From Octopus vulgaris (taxonomy: Eukaryota), in assembly GCA_951406725.2 (NCBI GenBank), contig OX597814.1:8680001-8744000 (forward strand): DNA of 64,000 nucleotides. Reading direction: 5' to 3'. Below the pieces are notes generated by a model. The model was not told the origin of the DNA. It saw only the letters and a list, made by a program, of their open reading frames with translations, and did no database searches. Of this stretch, positions 14,843 to 26,707 are shown in pieces; positions within the stretch are counted from its first letter, which is position 1, and each line of letters begins with the position of its first letter. The position numbers and the translations under genes were made by a program.

Positions 14843-14897
14843 CTTTTGAATGAACTCCTTCATTTACTGGTTTATTTAGGAGATATTCCTCAAATTT
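14843..14897 (-). CDS. Macro-PARP-like gene exon: end of macrodomain 2 (KFEEYLLNKPVNEGVHSK); gene continues left
   Basis: ttttacag|AAA...AAAG|gtaaac; phase 0 start matches the upstream exon ending DTEIVK. Confidence 0.6.
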
Positions 14898-16205
14898 CTG
14901 TAAAAATCAAAACCATGATTATCATTTTTGTTTAATTTTTTGCTTTTTTTTAAAGAGAAGAGATTTAATTTAACAAAAGACAAACAAAATATTTGAAATA
15001 TTTAATGATTTCTTTCTAATCAGTAATAAGGAAATGAGGAAAATTACTTTGTCACTCAGATCAAAGATATTCCATCCACGACCTTCCAGTCTACTGGGAG
15101 ACATGGTATTATAGTGGTTGTGGCAGAAGAACCTTCCACTGTGACCACTGATGTGGTGTTAGTGAAGTTAAACATGTGGCAATGGTGTCTTCATGTAGCT
15201 GAAGTTGTATTGTTTCTTCTCTCCACTCACCATTCTGATTAAAACTGCTGAGTCTTGTGTTTGCTGTTGAAATGTCTATCAAGAATGTTGAAGTTGAGGT
15301 TCTTTGGTGCATCTTGTGTACCCAAGAATATTTGAGGAACAAAAGCAGAGAACAAGGTAATTATTTTCATATTGTAAGCAAGAAGGAGAAGGAGGAGGTC
15401 CAACAATTAGGATCATGGTCATTCATAAGAGAGATGACAAAGGAAAAGAGAAAAGATTCAAAAAGAAAGAACTTCACAAACAGTTCTACAGTGGACAGGA
15501 ATTTCCCCAATTTCTTCATTCAATACCAAAAGGACATAAAGAATGCCTTTCGGTATTAACACTGCTTCTGTTGCTATTAATTATCTTTAATAAGCCTTCA
15601 GGCTATTTGTGACATCACTGTCTATATATCGTTGACGGAGATTTGGCTGTTATGCTGCTACAGAGCGTCTGTCACTGATGAAACTGAGCAGAGCGAAAAT
15701 ACATGATCTGGCAGTTCTGGTGCCTGTAGCAGATGATTGTCGTCTACCAACAATGTAAATATGAGTGCTTTTATGGACAGTGCGTCCATATGAGAGGTCC
15801 TCTCAAGGTAAATAAGGCAGTATTTGGTGTGCTAACACAACATCCACATTTAGTTGGATATAAAGATTGCCTTTAGGTATTAATACTGCTTCTGTTGCTA
15901 TTACTTTTAATTACCTTGATTTAGGTTCAGTCTCAAGTGTCTTTAACTACAGCTATAGGCCAAACAAAGCCATGGTAGGCAGAAAATGAGAGAAGCCTGT
16001 CATACATATGTGTTTGTGTCTCCTTGCCTTTACATTATGTGTTAGCTGTAAACGAGTGTCCCTGTTATGCAAGCAGTGTCCTTTGTTTCTAATATTTTGT
16101 GATGTTCTATAAAAGGAGGAAATGCAGTTTTTGGTTAGGCACAGCATTCCCCAGGTCCAACTGCCACTGCTATGAAAATTTTCATAGCATTTTTTCCGCT
16201 GGCAG

Positions 16206-16266
16206 GATAACTGAAGAGATGGTGGTGTGGATTTCCACCCCAGCATCCAAAACTCAGAGTTTTATC
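16206..16266 (+). ncRNA. Degenerate type I hammerhead ribozyme motif (Penelope-type)
   Basis: GATAA-CTGAAGA-GATG..CATC-C(A)AAA-CTCAGAG-TT-TTATC; stem I GATAA/TTATC; GAAA changed to AAAA, consistent with CpG decay. Confidence 0.5.
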
Positions 16267-16304
16267 ATGGCTACCAAATTATTGTCACATATTAGTTATA
16301 TATA

Positions 16305-16351
<47 letters not shown>

Positions 16352-16355
<4 letters not shown>

Positions 16356-19300
16356 ATCATCACTTATTTCTCTAATTTTGTCACAGATTGGCTGACCGAA
16401 AATTATGTTACCAAAAATCCCAAAAGAATAATTTTCTTCCTCGTGTTTGGCCCCCACTCACTTGGCCTCACTCTGTCTCTCCCTCTCTCTGTTTCATTTA
16501 TCACTTGCATGACCAATACTTGCCCCTCCTCCTCCATCAACACTACCACCCTATATAATCTAGTGCATGTACTCGGATTCCCCTACTCGATTTTTAAAAA
16601 CTCCCCCGAAAGAATACAAATACAAATCCAGAAGATGCACTTGCGGTATGCCCACACTCCCACCCACCCACTTGTACCTGACGTTCCTATCCTCTGTCAT
16701 CCTTTGGATGTCTCCCATGAACACTTCTAAAGGATTAACGGCATCCCCACACTTACCTGGTGGTGCATAAAAATGATGGTGTAGTGTATGCAGGTTGAAC
16801 TGAAGGCTATTGTTTGTTTATGAATTCTGCCAAATGTGAGCTTTCTTTTCAGGTACATGACGCTGTCCCTCATCCTAGGGTCTCATGGGCCCACACCTCC
16901 CATACCCTCAGAGTTGGCACACTCAAAGTAGGTCTGGTGAGATGTGTCAATATGTGCTGCCTCCAAGAAGTAAAGTGGAAAGGAGGTCCCACTAGGTTCC
17001 TCACAGGCAAAGAACACAGGTACAAGATTTTCTGGACCGGGAACACTGATGGGGTTGATAGCGTGGGTATGCTTCTTGCAGAGAAATGGGTAGATAAGGT
17101 AATCGAGGTAGTCAGAGTATGTGACAGAATATTTAAGATTAGATTAGCGCTTAATCATGGGTTAGCAACCATTATCTCGGCACATGCCCCTTAGTTGGGA
17201 CTATGTGATGGACAGAAAGACCGATTCTATGACACCCTCTTGCAGACTACCTTGTTGACAAATGACGGGGACCTTCTCTTTTTGGCTGGTGACTTCAATG
17301 GGCATGTTGAACAACATGCAGGAGGCTTCCATGGCGTACATGGAGGCTATGGTTTTGGTTCCCGCAATGAGGAGGAAACCAGGCTGCTGGAGTTCTGCGA
17401 TGCAAATGATCTTATGGCTTGCAATACTAACTAGATCACCTAGTCACCTACCATTCTGGTAGGTGCACTACCCAAATTGACTACATCCTAACCAGAAAAA
17501 AGTAAGATGGCTGCATATAAATGCCAAAATCATCCCAGGCAAAGAATGTACCCCACAACATAGACTAGGAGTTAACAACTTCAGGATCAGGGCTAAATGG
17601 ATGCCCAAAAGATGACTAGCAAAGAGAAGGGTTTGAAAGCTTAAAGATCCTGCAAATAGACAGAGATTTAGAGACATATTACTCGAAGCCTTTGATGAAA
17701 TAGAAGGGGATACAGTATCACATGATGTGGAAGACAAATGGAGGTTTCTACAGAACAACCTGCTGAGGGCGACTGACCAGATCTATGGATGGTACAAAGT
17801 CCCCTATCGATCCAAGGTAACATGGTAGTTGAACAATGTTGTTGACAGGACCATCAAGGAAAAGAAACAGGTATGGAAGGATTGGGAGAACAGTGGCAGC
17901 AGGGAAAAGTATCAGACTGCCAGAAGGGAAGCTATGAGACAGGTTTACTTAGCCAGAGGGGAATCAGATAAGAAAAAATTTGCCAATGTTCTGCGCCATG
18001 AGGACCAAAGACCTGAGGTATTTCGTGTTGCAAGACAGTGTTTGAGAGAGAATTGTGATGTCACAGGAGAGACATGTGTCCACATGGATGATTGTTCACT
18101 TGCACAAGATGAGGCTGCAAAGAGAGAGGTTTGGAGACGCCACTATGAAAGGTTGCCGAATGTCGACCCAACTGAGGGACCAGCAATCCGAGTTGACAAT
18201 ATCTTGGTAGATACAGCAATTAAGAGTATGAAGACAGGGAAAGCCCCCGGACCATCAGGAATCATCACAGAAATGCTTAAAATAATTGGTGATGTCAGAT
18301 GTAGCCTAGTCACCCATATAGTCAATCAGGTGATACATGAAGGAGTCATACCAAATGACTGGTGTAGCAGCACTATAGTCAACTGATACAAAGGTAAAGG
18401 TAACGCATTAGATACAAATAATTACAGAGGTATCAAGTTGTTAGATCAGGTAATGAAGGTCAGAGAGAGGGTCATAGCCCAACTAATTAGGGAGAGAGTC
18501 AGTTTAAATGAGATGCAGTTTGGGTTCATGCCAAGTAAGGCAGCTGCAGGAGAAATACCTAGCCAAAGATAAACCTCTGTACCTGACTTTCATTGACATA
18601 GAGAAAGCCTTTGATAGGGTTCCCTCGATCCCTTATCTGGTGGTCAATGAGGAAACAATGAGGAATGCTTAGTGAGAGCTGTGCAAGCCATGTACACGGA
18701 CAATGTCAGTAAGGTGAGGGTTGGCAATGAGTACAGTGAAGAATTCCGAGTAGAGGTAGGGATCCACCAAGGTTCAGCCCTCAGCCCCCTCCTATTTATC
18801 ATAGACCTCTGGGCAATAACAGAGGCAATTCAAGACTGGATGCCCTTGGGAGCTCCTCTATGCTGATGACCTTGCTCTAATTAGAGGAGAAGTTTCAAGT
18901 ATGGAAGCAAGGATTAGAATCGAAGGGCCTTAGAGTCAACTTGGCTAAAACCAAAGTCCTGATAAGTAGGAAGGCAGACAAACCACAAAACCCTTCAGGT
19001 AGATGGTCCTGCTTGATCTGTAGAAAAGGTGTAGGTAGAAACTCTATAAGATGTACCCAATGTAAGCTATGGACACATAAGAGGTGCACCAATATCAAAG
19101 GAAGGCTAACTGGGAAGATAGTTTTTGTATGTGGCAGATGCTCAAGAGCAATAAACTCTGAAAATGCGGAGAGAGCAACTTCTGCCACATTCCAGGGAGA
19201 AAAACTAGAAATAGTTGATAGCTTCTGTTACCTAGGTGACCAAGTCAGTAGCGGGGAGAAGGTGTGCTGAAAGTGTAGCTGCTAGAATAAGAATAGCTTG

Positions 19301-19706
19301 GGCAAAATTCAGAGAGCTCTTACCTCTGCTGGTGACAAAGGGCCTATCGCTCAGAGTAAAAGGTAGACTGTATGACACATGTGTACAAACAGCCATGCTA
19401 CATGGCAGTGAAACATGGGCCGTGACTGCTGAGGACATGTGTAAGCTTGCCAGGAATGAAGCAAGTATGCTCCATTGGATGTGTAATGTCAGTGTGCATA
19501 CTTGACAGAGTGTGAGTACCTTGAGAGAAAAGTTGGATCTAAGAAGCATCAGATGTGGTGTGCAAGAGAGATGACTGTGCTGGTACGGTCATGTGGTGAG
19601 AATAGATGAGTATAGCTGTGTGAAAAAGTGTCATACCCAAGCAGTTGAGGGAAACTGTGGAAGAGGTAGACCCAGGAAGACCTGGGATGAGGTAGTCAAG
19701 CACGAT
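16352..19706 (+). mobile_element. Decayed RTE-clade LINE copy 1, with ~500 bp upstream segment shared with copy 2
   Basis: APE motifs CLQEVKW, AGDFNGHV; RT KAPGPSG, HQGSALSPLLF, YADD region, DSFCYLG, GSETW; PHD-like insert. Confidence 0.9.
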
Positions 19707-19719
19707 GATTATATGTATA

Positions 19720-21490
19720 TATACTATGTTTAGATATGATAAAGATAGTAAATCTACAACACTCGCCAACCACATACATCATCTCAAAAATACAGATATA
19801 CCCTATACTCTATCATGGTCCATATACCATATACTCTATCATGCACTCAGGACTTCCCTACCGAGGTCAACACTCAACCTGCAAACCTTGCCTGAAGGAG
19901 GCACTTCACATCTTAAAACGCAAACTCTCCAGCACTGCTAAATAAACATAATGAGGCACTAAGCACATGCAACCACTGCTTTTTTCACATTCAAATTTTA
20001 CCACAAATCCAAATGCCTAAATATAATCTACATTCTAACTCCTAACCCCTATCTTATTCCTCACTCATTCTTGAATATAACAACCATCTAATTATAATTG
20101 TATGTGCATCCATCCATATGTGCATGTATGAGTGAGTGTATGTGTATATGTATGTATGTGTGAATGAATGTATGTATGCAAGGTATATATAACTTTATAT
20201 ATAAGGGCGATAATACATGCAGATACACATATATGTGGGTGCGCATGTGTGCATATACATACAAGTAAGAGTTGTGTGTGTAGATATTGATATCTATAAA
20301 CATGTGTATAAATATATATATATACATGTCTGATATATACATGTGTATACATCTTCACATATATATTTTCTTATATTGCTAATCACTGAAGTGCTAAACC
20401 ATGTAAATTCCTTAATTCTTCATACTACTAACCCCATCTTACACTGAGACTCCACCACTACACATTTGTCACTCCTTTACCTCTTAGCCCCACACCCCCA
20501 ATTCCTTCTAACTTTTTACACTCTAATACCTTTCTCTCTCCATCACCCTTTATCTCCCCACTCCTACTTTCAAATTATTTCCACTGACCCCTAACTGGTA
20601 CACTGTCCCTTATCTATATCTTTGTTTTTCTTTTCTCTTATTTTCTTCTTTCCTTTATTCCTCACTTCCTGTTTTTTTATTTTATTATTTCATTATTTTC
20701 TTCTTACTTTCTTCTTTTTTCCCTTCTTTTTCTTTCCTTATTCTTCTCTTCCTGTTTTCAATTTGACCTTATGAAAAGGATCCCTATTTTTAGGTCACAT
20801 TAAATAAAACCCTTGATTCAATAACACTGTGTATAAACTCTATACTTGGAATGACCAATTTTAAATACTATTGGATTTTACTCATAAGGTATTGGAATCT
20901 TATATATATATGGAGGCGCATGGCTCAGTGGTTAGAGCGTCGAGCTTACGATCGTGAGGTTGTGAGCTCGAATCCCGGACCGGGCTGCGTGTTGTGTTCT
21001 TGAGCAAGACACTTTATTTCACGTTGCTCCAGTTCACTCAGCTGTAGAAATGAGTTGCGACGTCACTGGTGCCAAGCTGTATCGACCTTTGTCTTTCCCT
21101 TGGATAACACTGGTGGCGTGGAGAGGGGAGGCCGGTATGCATGGGCGACTACTGGTCTTCCATAAAACAACCTTGCCCAGACTTGTGCCTCAGAGGGTAA
21201 CTCTCTAGGTGCAAACCCATGGTCACTCATGACCGAAGGGGGTCTTTTTATATATATATATATATACCATTCAGCCTAAAAAATGGATCTACACATACAA
21301 TTTCCCTATGCATCTCACATCTATTTTCTTTCCTCCACCTCTATTTTGTATCCTATCTAAATTAATTATTACTTAACCATCCTCTCACACTGTCTCCAAT
21401 GAAGGCATATAATAAATATCCTGGAAACAGCTGTAAGACCTATTTATAAATGTTCTAAAATCTACACAGCCTTGGTTTCTTATCTCATTA
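19720..21490 (+). mobile_element. Penelope-like 3' remnant (endonuclease C-terminus and pLTR with degenerate hammerhead at ~21392-21439), interrupted by a SINE
   Basis: STTLANHIHHLK..YTLSWSI..CKPCLKEAL; gtct-ccaatga..ggaaacagctgta-agac resembles the hammerhead at 30976. Confidence 0.5.
20912..21249 (+). mobile_element. tRNA-derived CORE-type SINE inserted in (TA)n
   Basis: A box TGGCTCAGTGG, B-box-like GAGCTCGAATCCC, CORE-like TGTGTTCTTGAGCAAGACACTT; a related 3' fragment lies at ~40381-40445. Confidence 0.85.
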
Positions 21491-21521
21491 GGAAAAAAAA
21501 ATTTTTCATATATATATAATA

Positions 21522-21560
<39 letters not shown>

Positions 21561-21561
<1 letters not shown>

Positions 21562-21672
21562 AGTGAGATTTTTAAAAGAAGTAACTTCTTACAGTATTGG
21601 AAGAATACAAATCTTTATTCTTTCTCATGCTTTCTCTCTCTTTTATACATACATACATACATATATATATAA

Positions 21673-21742
<70 letters not shown>

Positions 21743-21805
21743 ATAAAAATTTGTAGTTCTTCTTCCAATACTGTAAGAAGTTACTTCTTTTAAAAAATCT
21801 CACTC
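21561..21805. repeat. MITE-like fold-back with ~65-bp inverted arms around microsatellites
   Basis: gagtgagatttttaaaagaagtaacttcttacagtattggaagaa... pairs with ...ttcttccaatactgtaagaagttacttcttttaaaaaatctcactc. Confidence 0.75.
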
Positions 21806-22982
21806 ACTTTCTCTCTCTCTCCCCTTCTCTCTCTGTCTGTCTGTCTGTCACTGTTTTTACCTCTAGCTCGTCCCTATACACAATCAACCTAGACAACTCA
21901 CAGGCACTGTCCACCTTGGTTTCCTTCATTCAATCGTTTCAGAAAACTAGTTGAATGATTATTTCTCTCTCCGTCATTTTTTCCATATTCTTCACCAGTT
22001 TCATGAATTAAAGTCCCTCTTTAAAGACATCCCAAGATGGCAATGTGCTTCTGTGAAAGTAGACTCTATTCAAAAACTAATATGCATTTTCATGTCTCAA
22101 ATGTTTCTTCTATTTCAATATTGGTTTACGTTCATCATTATCACCACCACCACCACCAACACCACCATCATCATCATCATCGTTTGACATTTGTTGTCCA
22201 TGCTTGTATGGGTTGAATAGCTTGACTGGGGCTGGCAAGCTGTAAGGCTGCACCAGACTTCAGTCTGATTTGCCATGGTGTATATGGATGGATGCCCTTC
22301 CTAATGCCCACCACTCCAAGAATGGTAAGCATTAGGTATCTACCATGACTGATTTTGCATGGATTGCTGGGTAATTTTTGCCTCCATGAGACCCAATGCT
22401 AGAAAGGCACACTCTACATGCCAGTTCAGTAACACCGGCATCAGCCATGTCTATGATTTGACTTGGTTTGATGGGTCTTCTCAAGCACAGCATCTCACCG
22501 AAGGTCTCAGGGACTAGTCCTTGGCTATCACAGCCCATGTTTCATGCCGGTAAATTTGCAACGTTTATATAAATTTAGCATTAGAATTCTTCAAGTTGTA
22601 TAAAAATAGTTATTGTCTGCATCATTCGAAAGAGAAATAAATTATGCATAAGGTGTAAAAGATAAGAATAATTTGTATGGTGTTAGTAACAAAATATTTT
22701 GTAAGGAATAGAACTATTATCATCGGTCTTAAATTTATTTTCGCTAGTGTAAGAGCTGAAGAAAACCAAGCTAACCTACGAGTATGACAGTTAAGATCAC
22801 AAAACACATCAAAGATTCCAATATTACTGAACAATTCTAAGACATCAATAAAGGATCCCATATTTTATTATTTTTTAAAAATTTTATTCCATATTTTATT
22901 TCATCGGGGAATTATTTGGGGGGTAGGGGTAAATTCCAAGAATATCAACATAAAACAATGAACAACAAAAACATCAACCAAC

Positions 22983-23207
22983 CTTTACTATTTCTGTGTC
23001 TTGAGGATAAACCATGAAGTAAACGTCTTTGATCTGGCTTGAATTTAGATCTGAGTAGTTTTTCACTGCTTCAGACATTGTTCTGGGAAGTTTTTCAATG
23101 GGATATTTCATTTCAGCCCCTAATATAGGAAATGCAAGGCTTTTTGCTCCCATTCTCTCAGCAGTGTATAGACAAATGTTTATTATTTGAGTCAAGTTTG
23201 CCAGAAT
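22983..23207 (-). CDS. Macro-PARP-like gene exon: macrodomain 2 C-terminal half
   Basis: ttttag|ATT...AAG|gttggt, 225 nt, phase 0-0; ..AERMGAKSLAFPILG..IKDVYFMVYPQD. Confidence 0.85.
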
Positions 23208-23786
23208 CTAAAAAAAATAATTGTTTAGTAATTGATAATGAACATTTTATTAAATTATTTTCTTATAACAGGAAGAAACCATTTAGTTGTAATAGATATA
23301 TTCTCCCCTCACAACTGTCATTCCTATCACTCTTTAGTCCTGCAAGGGACAAGGCAACCTCACTCATGTTGCTGCTACAATAAAACAGACCCAATCCACC
23401 ATGTTAAATGGTTGTTGAATGAAGAGAGACAATGCAGACCCAAGCGGAGTCTTTAGTGTTGTTGAGGACATGACAACCTCTCTAGTGCTCGTGCCATGAC
23501 AGAGAAAAACTCACCAATACAGAGAGTAAAACAGAGAAATATGTTTTAATATAGTCTTATTTGTCAGTCACATAACTGTTGTTAGGCCATGAGGCTTTTC
23601 CCCTTCTATTTATATATAAAAGTGTCCTGTTCATCGATATCTTCTGCTTCCTTCCAATGATAACTTGGAAGAACAAATATTTAACAGGATGCTGACATTT
23701 GCTTTATGATTCTCACACAACATGCATAAGGTTCTCTTCAAACATTAACTGCTTCAATAAATCAATATCATTTGATTGATACTTAC

Positions 23787-24014
23787 TGAATCAGAGGAAT
23801 TTTCATTCCATTTAGGTAATACCAGATGAAATACATTCTCACAGTTGAGGTTATATCCTTTAGTGATGGCTATTGTAGATGTAGAAATACCTTGAGGATA
23901 TTTCTGGTTACATTCATCTTGTATCTCTGAACCAGCAGCAAAGAGAATATATTTGGAGATAGAACCATTGTTAAGCTGGAGTTCTTTATTGGTGCTGTTA
24001 ACGATGACATCAAC
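23787..24014 (-). CDS. Macro-PARP-like gene exon: macrodomain 2 core (absent from the ORF track)
   Basis: ttttgtag|GTT...TCA|gtaagt, 228 nt, phase 0-0; VDVIVNSTNKELQLNNGSISKYILFAAGSEIQDEC..TKGYNLNCENVFHLVLPKW. Confidence 0.9.
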
Positions 24015-24305
24015 CTACAAAAGTAATTAATGGTAAACAACTAAGGAACATTCCATGGAGAGAAGAGAGATACATTGTTGCAGTTGATATTGTTGTTAAG
24101 AAAGGCTCTACAGAATGGCTGTAGTAAGTTTGAGGTTGTTAAAGTTAGCAAAAGATATACTCAAGATATCAGATGTGAAGGAAATAAAATGTTTGAGTTT
24201 GATTGAGAAAATGTTTTAATTAACTGTAATGATTCCTCATTTGGAATAACAATTAAATGAAATAACAATTAAATATAAATATGTTACGTGAATCTATTTA
24301 CTCAC

Positions 24306-24442
24306 AGATGCATTAGAAATTGAATCAATCATTAGGTTTATTTTAATGCCAGGATTTACTCCGGATGCCACATTAGTTCTGGGTGTCACAGAAGAGGGTT
24401 CCTGTCTTGGACCAGGAATGGATGAGCTTGATGTTGTGGTTT
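24306..24442 (-). CDS. Macro-PARP-like gene exon: inter-macro linker and first strand of macrodomain 2
   Basis: ttttcag|AA...TCT|gtgagt, 137 nt, phase 1-0; ..GIKINLMIDSISNAS joins VDVIVNS. Confidence 0.8.
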
Positions 24443-24495
24443 CTGAAAATAAACAAATATCAGTGTGTGTGTGTGTGTGTGTATAGACACACACA

Positions 24496-24546
<51 letters not shown>

Positions 24547-24550
24547 ATAC

Positions 24551-24712
24551 CAACATCATTATTACCCCCCATCATGATATATTTAGAAATTGAATCAGTC
24601 ATTAGGTTTATTTCAATGCCATCATTTTCTCCGGATGCCACATTAGTTCTGGGTGTCATAGGGGCTGCTTTCTGTTGTGGACCAAGAAGGGATGGGTTTA
24701 ATGATGTGGTTT
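24551..24712 (-). CDS. Tandem-duplicated copy of the linker exon (candidate extra or cassette exon)
   Basis: Same acceptor tgtttattttcag|AAACCACA; open frame; original donor lost; candidate phase-1 donor G|gtatga at 24550. Confidence 0.4.
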
Positions 24713-26707
24713 CTGAAAATAAACAATTAAACATTCTTCTCTCTCTCTCAAAAGAACTACTTTATTCCATATAAATAGTAATGATATTCCTTTCTGAAAA
24801 TATGATTTAGCAAGAGAATACATGCTAACTTGTAGTCATTTCCCCACCAACTTTTATATAACGACAAGGCTATATAACGCTATTTCTATCTGTTTCTTCC
24901 ACCACATGGAATTAAAAATACATTGAAGAACATACTTGAAACTTTCAGAGTCTGAAAACAGTGAAACTGGTTAGTAAAATGTGATCTTCCACCTCTTATG
25001 AAATGTTTTTGCTTAAAACATTTATTAAAACAGGCTTCAGATGGTGTAGATTCCAGTAAGTTGGGAATTTGATGTGAAAAAAATGTTTTTGAGGGAGTGG
25101 AGAGAGGAGTTTCAGAAAATTCACATAAACTCAAATTCGTTTCCTCATAACTTTTGGGAAAATGGTTATTTTTAAATGAAAATTTCCACAAATACCTTTC
25201 AAGGTGTGTATATTAAGATAATAATAGAATTAAATATGAAAATAAAAATTGCAGACATAAATACGGATCTATGTCTGATATCAGTTTTGAAACATTTTTT
25301 TTTACAACAAATTCCAATAGAATTGGAATTTATACCATCTGAAGCATATTTAAAGAAAATTTCATTAAATAAGTATGCTTTTCTTTAAATTTTAAGGAAA
25401 AGAAATCTTTGTGACACACAAGTATAGGAATGATGTAGGTAATGCTCTGGATAGTTGCTGAATATCATTGCACATGTGTGACCAGAATTCCATAATAAAC
25501 ATGTAGTCTTTAAAATAGACGTGTTGAGTGTTGAAGTATAAAGATGTGTTTTTACTCCTTTCCACTGGTCAGCAGTAAGCTTCACAGCTACAAACGAAAT
25601 TGACCATCACTAATATTTCTATATATTTGAAACTACGCATTTCCCAACTCTTTAACTACAGATTGTTATTTTCATGAATTTCAAACGACCAAATAAGCAA
25701 AACTACACACTCCTATGAGAGAGCATTTATTCATATATACTCCCCGTCAACACCTGATAACTAAAGGATCACCCACACATTAAAAATAAGAAACAACAAA
25801 AAAAAAAAAGAAAGAAAGATAAAATGACTGCAAGTTCATAATTCAAATACAATCACAAATCTCTCAGTATTACAGCAAAAATTCTGTACAATCTATTCTA
25901 CATACTTCTCCCTAAAAAAAAAAACTAAATAAAAATAATCAACAAAACAAACGAACAAAATAAAATTTAGTAAAATATATCCACCGGAATGACTAGCCAT
26001 CAAAAATTTTTAAAAATAAAACTGGCATGATAATGAAATCGACGTTCTTATAAACACATGGCATTGCCTTACCCAAACGGAAAATATAGGTGCTTCATGT
26101 CTGAACAAAATTGCTAGACGGACAATTCACCTTTTGCAAACTCAATCTGAACAGCAGATACAAAATAAATTAAAGCAAATCGAAGTTGCTTTTAAATTAA
26201 TCGATAAACACTTCGATAAACTGAGATGTGTTTTCTCTTCAAACGCATCACCAGCGCAACAACAACAACAACCTCAGGGGCAACAACAGCTACAACAACA
26301 ACAGAATGAACCATTCCTTGATTCATCTACAATGGCGGATTTGTTAAACGAAATGATTGACTCCCCCAGTCACCAGGGTCTTACAGCAGGAAGCACCATC
26401 CCTTCCTTTCACTGCCCCAGTAGCTCAATCACCATCACTGCCAACATCATCTCTTCTGCCTACTACTAGTACTACAAACACTATCAAATCAAAAACATCT
26501 TTGTCTACCGCTATCTCATGGAATCCACCTTCTCAATCATCATCACTGTCAACATCTCTTATGCCTACTACTACCACTATTGCTACCTCAAGGAATCTAC
26601 CTCCTATTACTAGTACAAGAACTCTACCTCCCACAGGTCACAAAGGTCACCAAAACCTCAACAAGCCACTTTTTACTAGTTTTTCAAACTCATATATATA
26701 TATATAT

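Noticed and set aside
15040-16200. Possible further host exons or coding remnant
   Set aside because: No open frame with matching splice phase or macro/WWE/PARP motifs; probably a decayed element linked to the hammerhead at 16206.
20912-20985. Possible tRNA gene
   Set aside because: A and B boxes are present but the sequence runs into a CORE-like body and tail without a proper acceptor stem; it is a SINE head.
25020-25375. Degenerate inverted repeat of ~70-90 bp
   Set aside because: Too diverged, with no definable ends or TSD; probably an old MITE remnant.
25590-26700. Gln- and Ser/Thr-rich plus-strand ORFs as a nested host gene
   Set aside because: Interrupted by stops, low complexity, no splice structure; more likely a retroelement remnant that I cannot classify.
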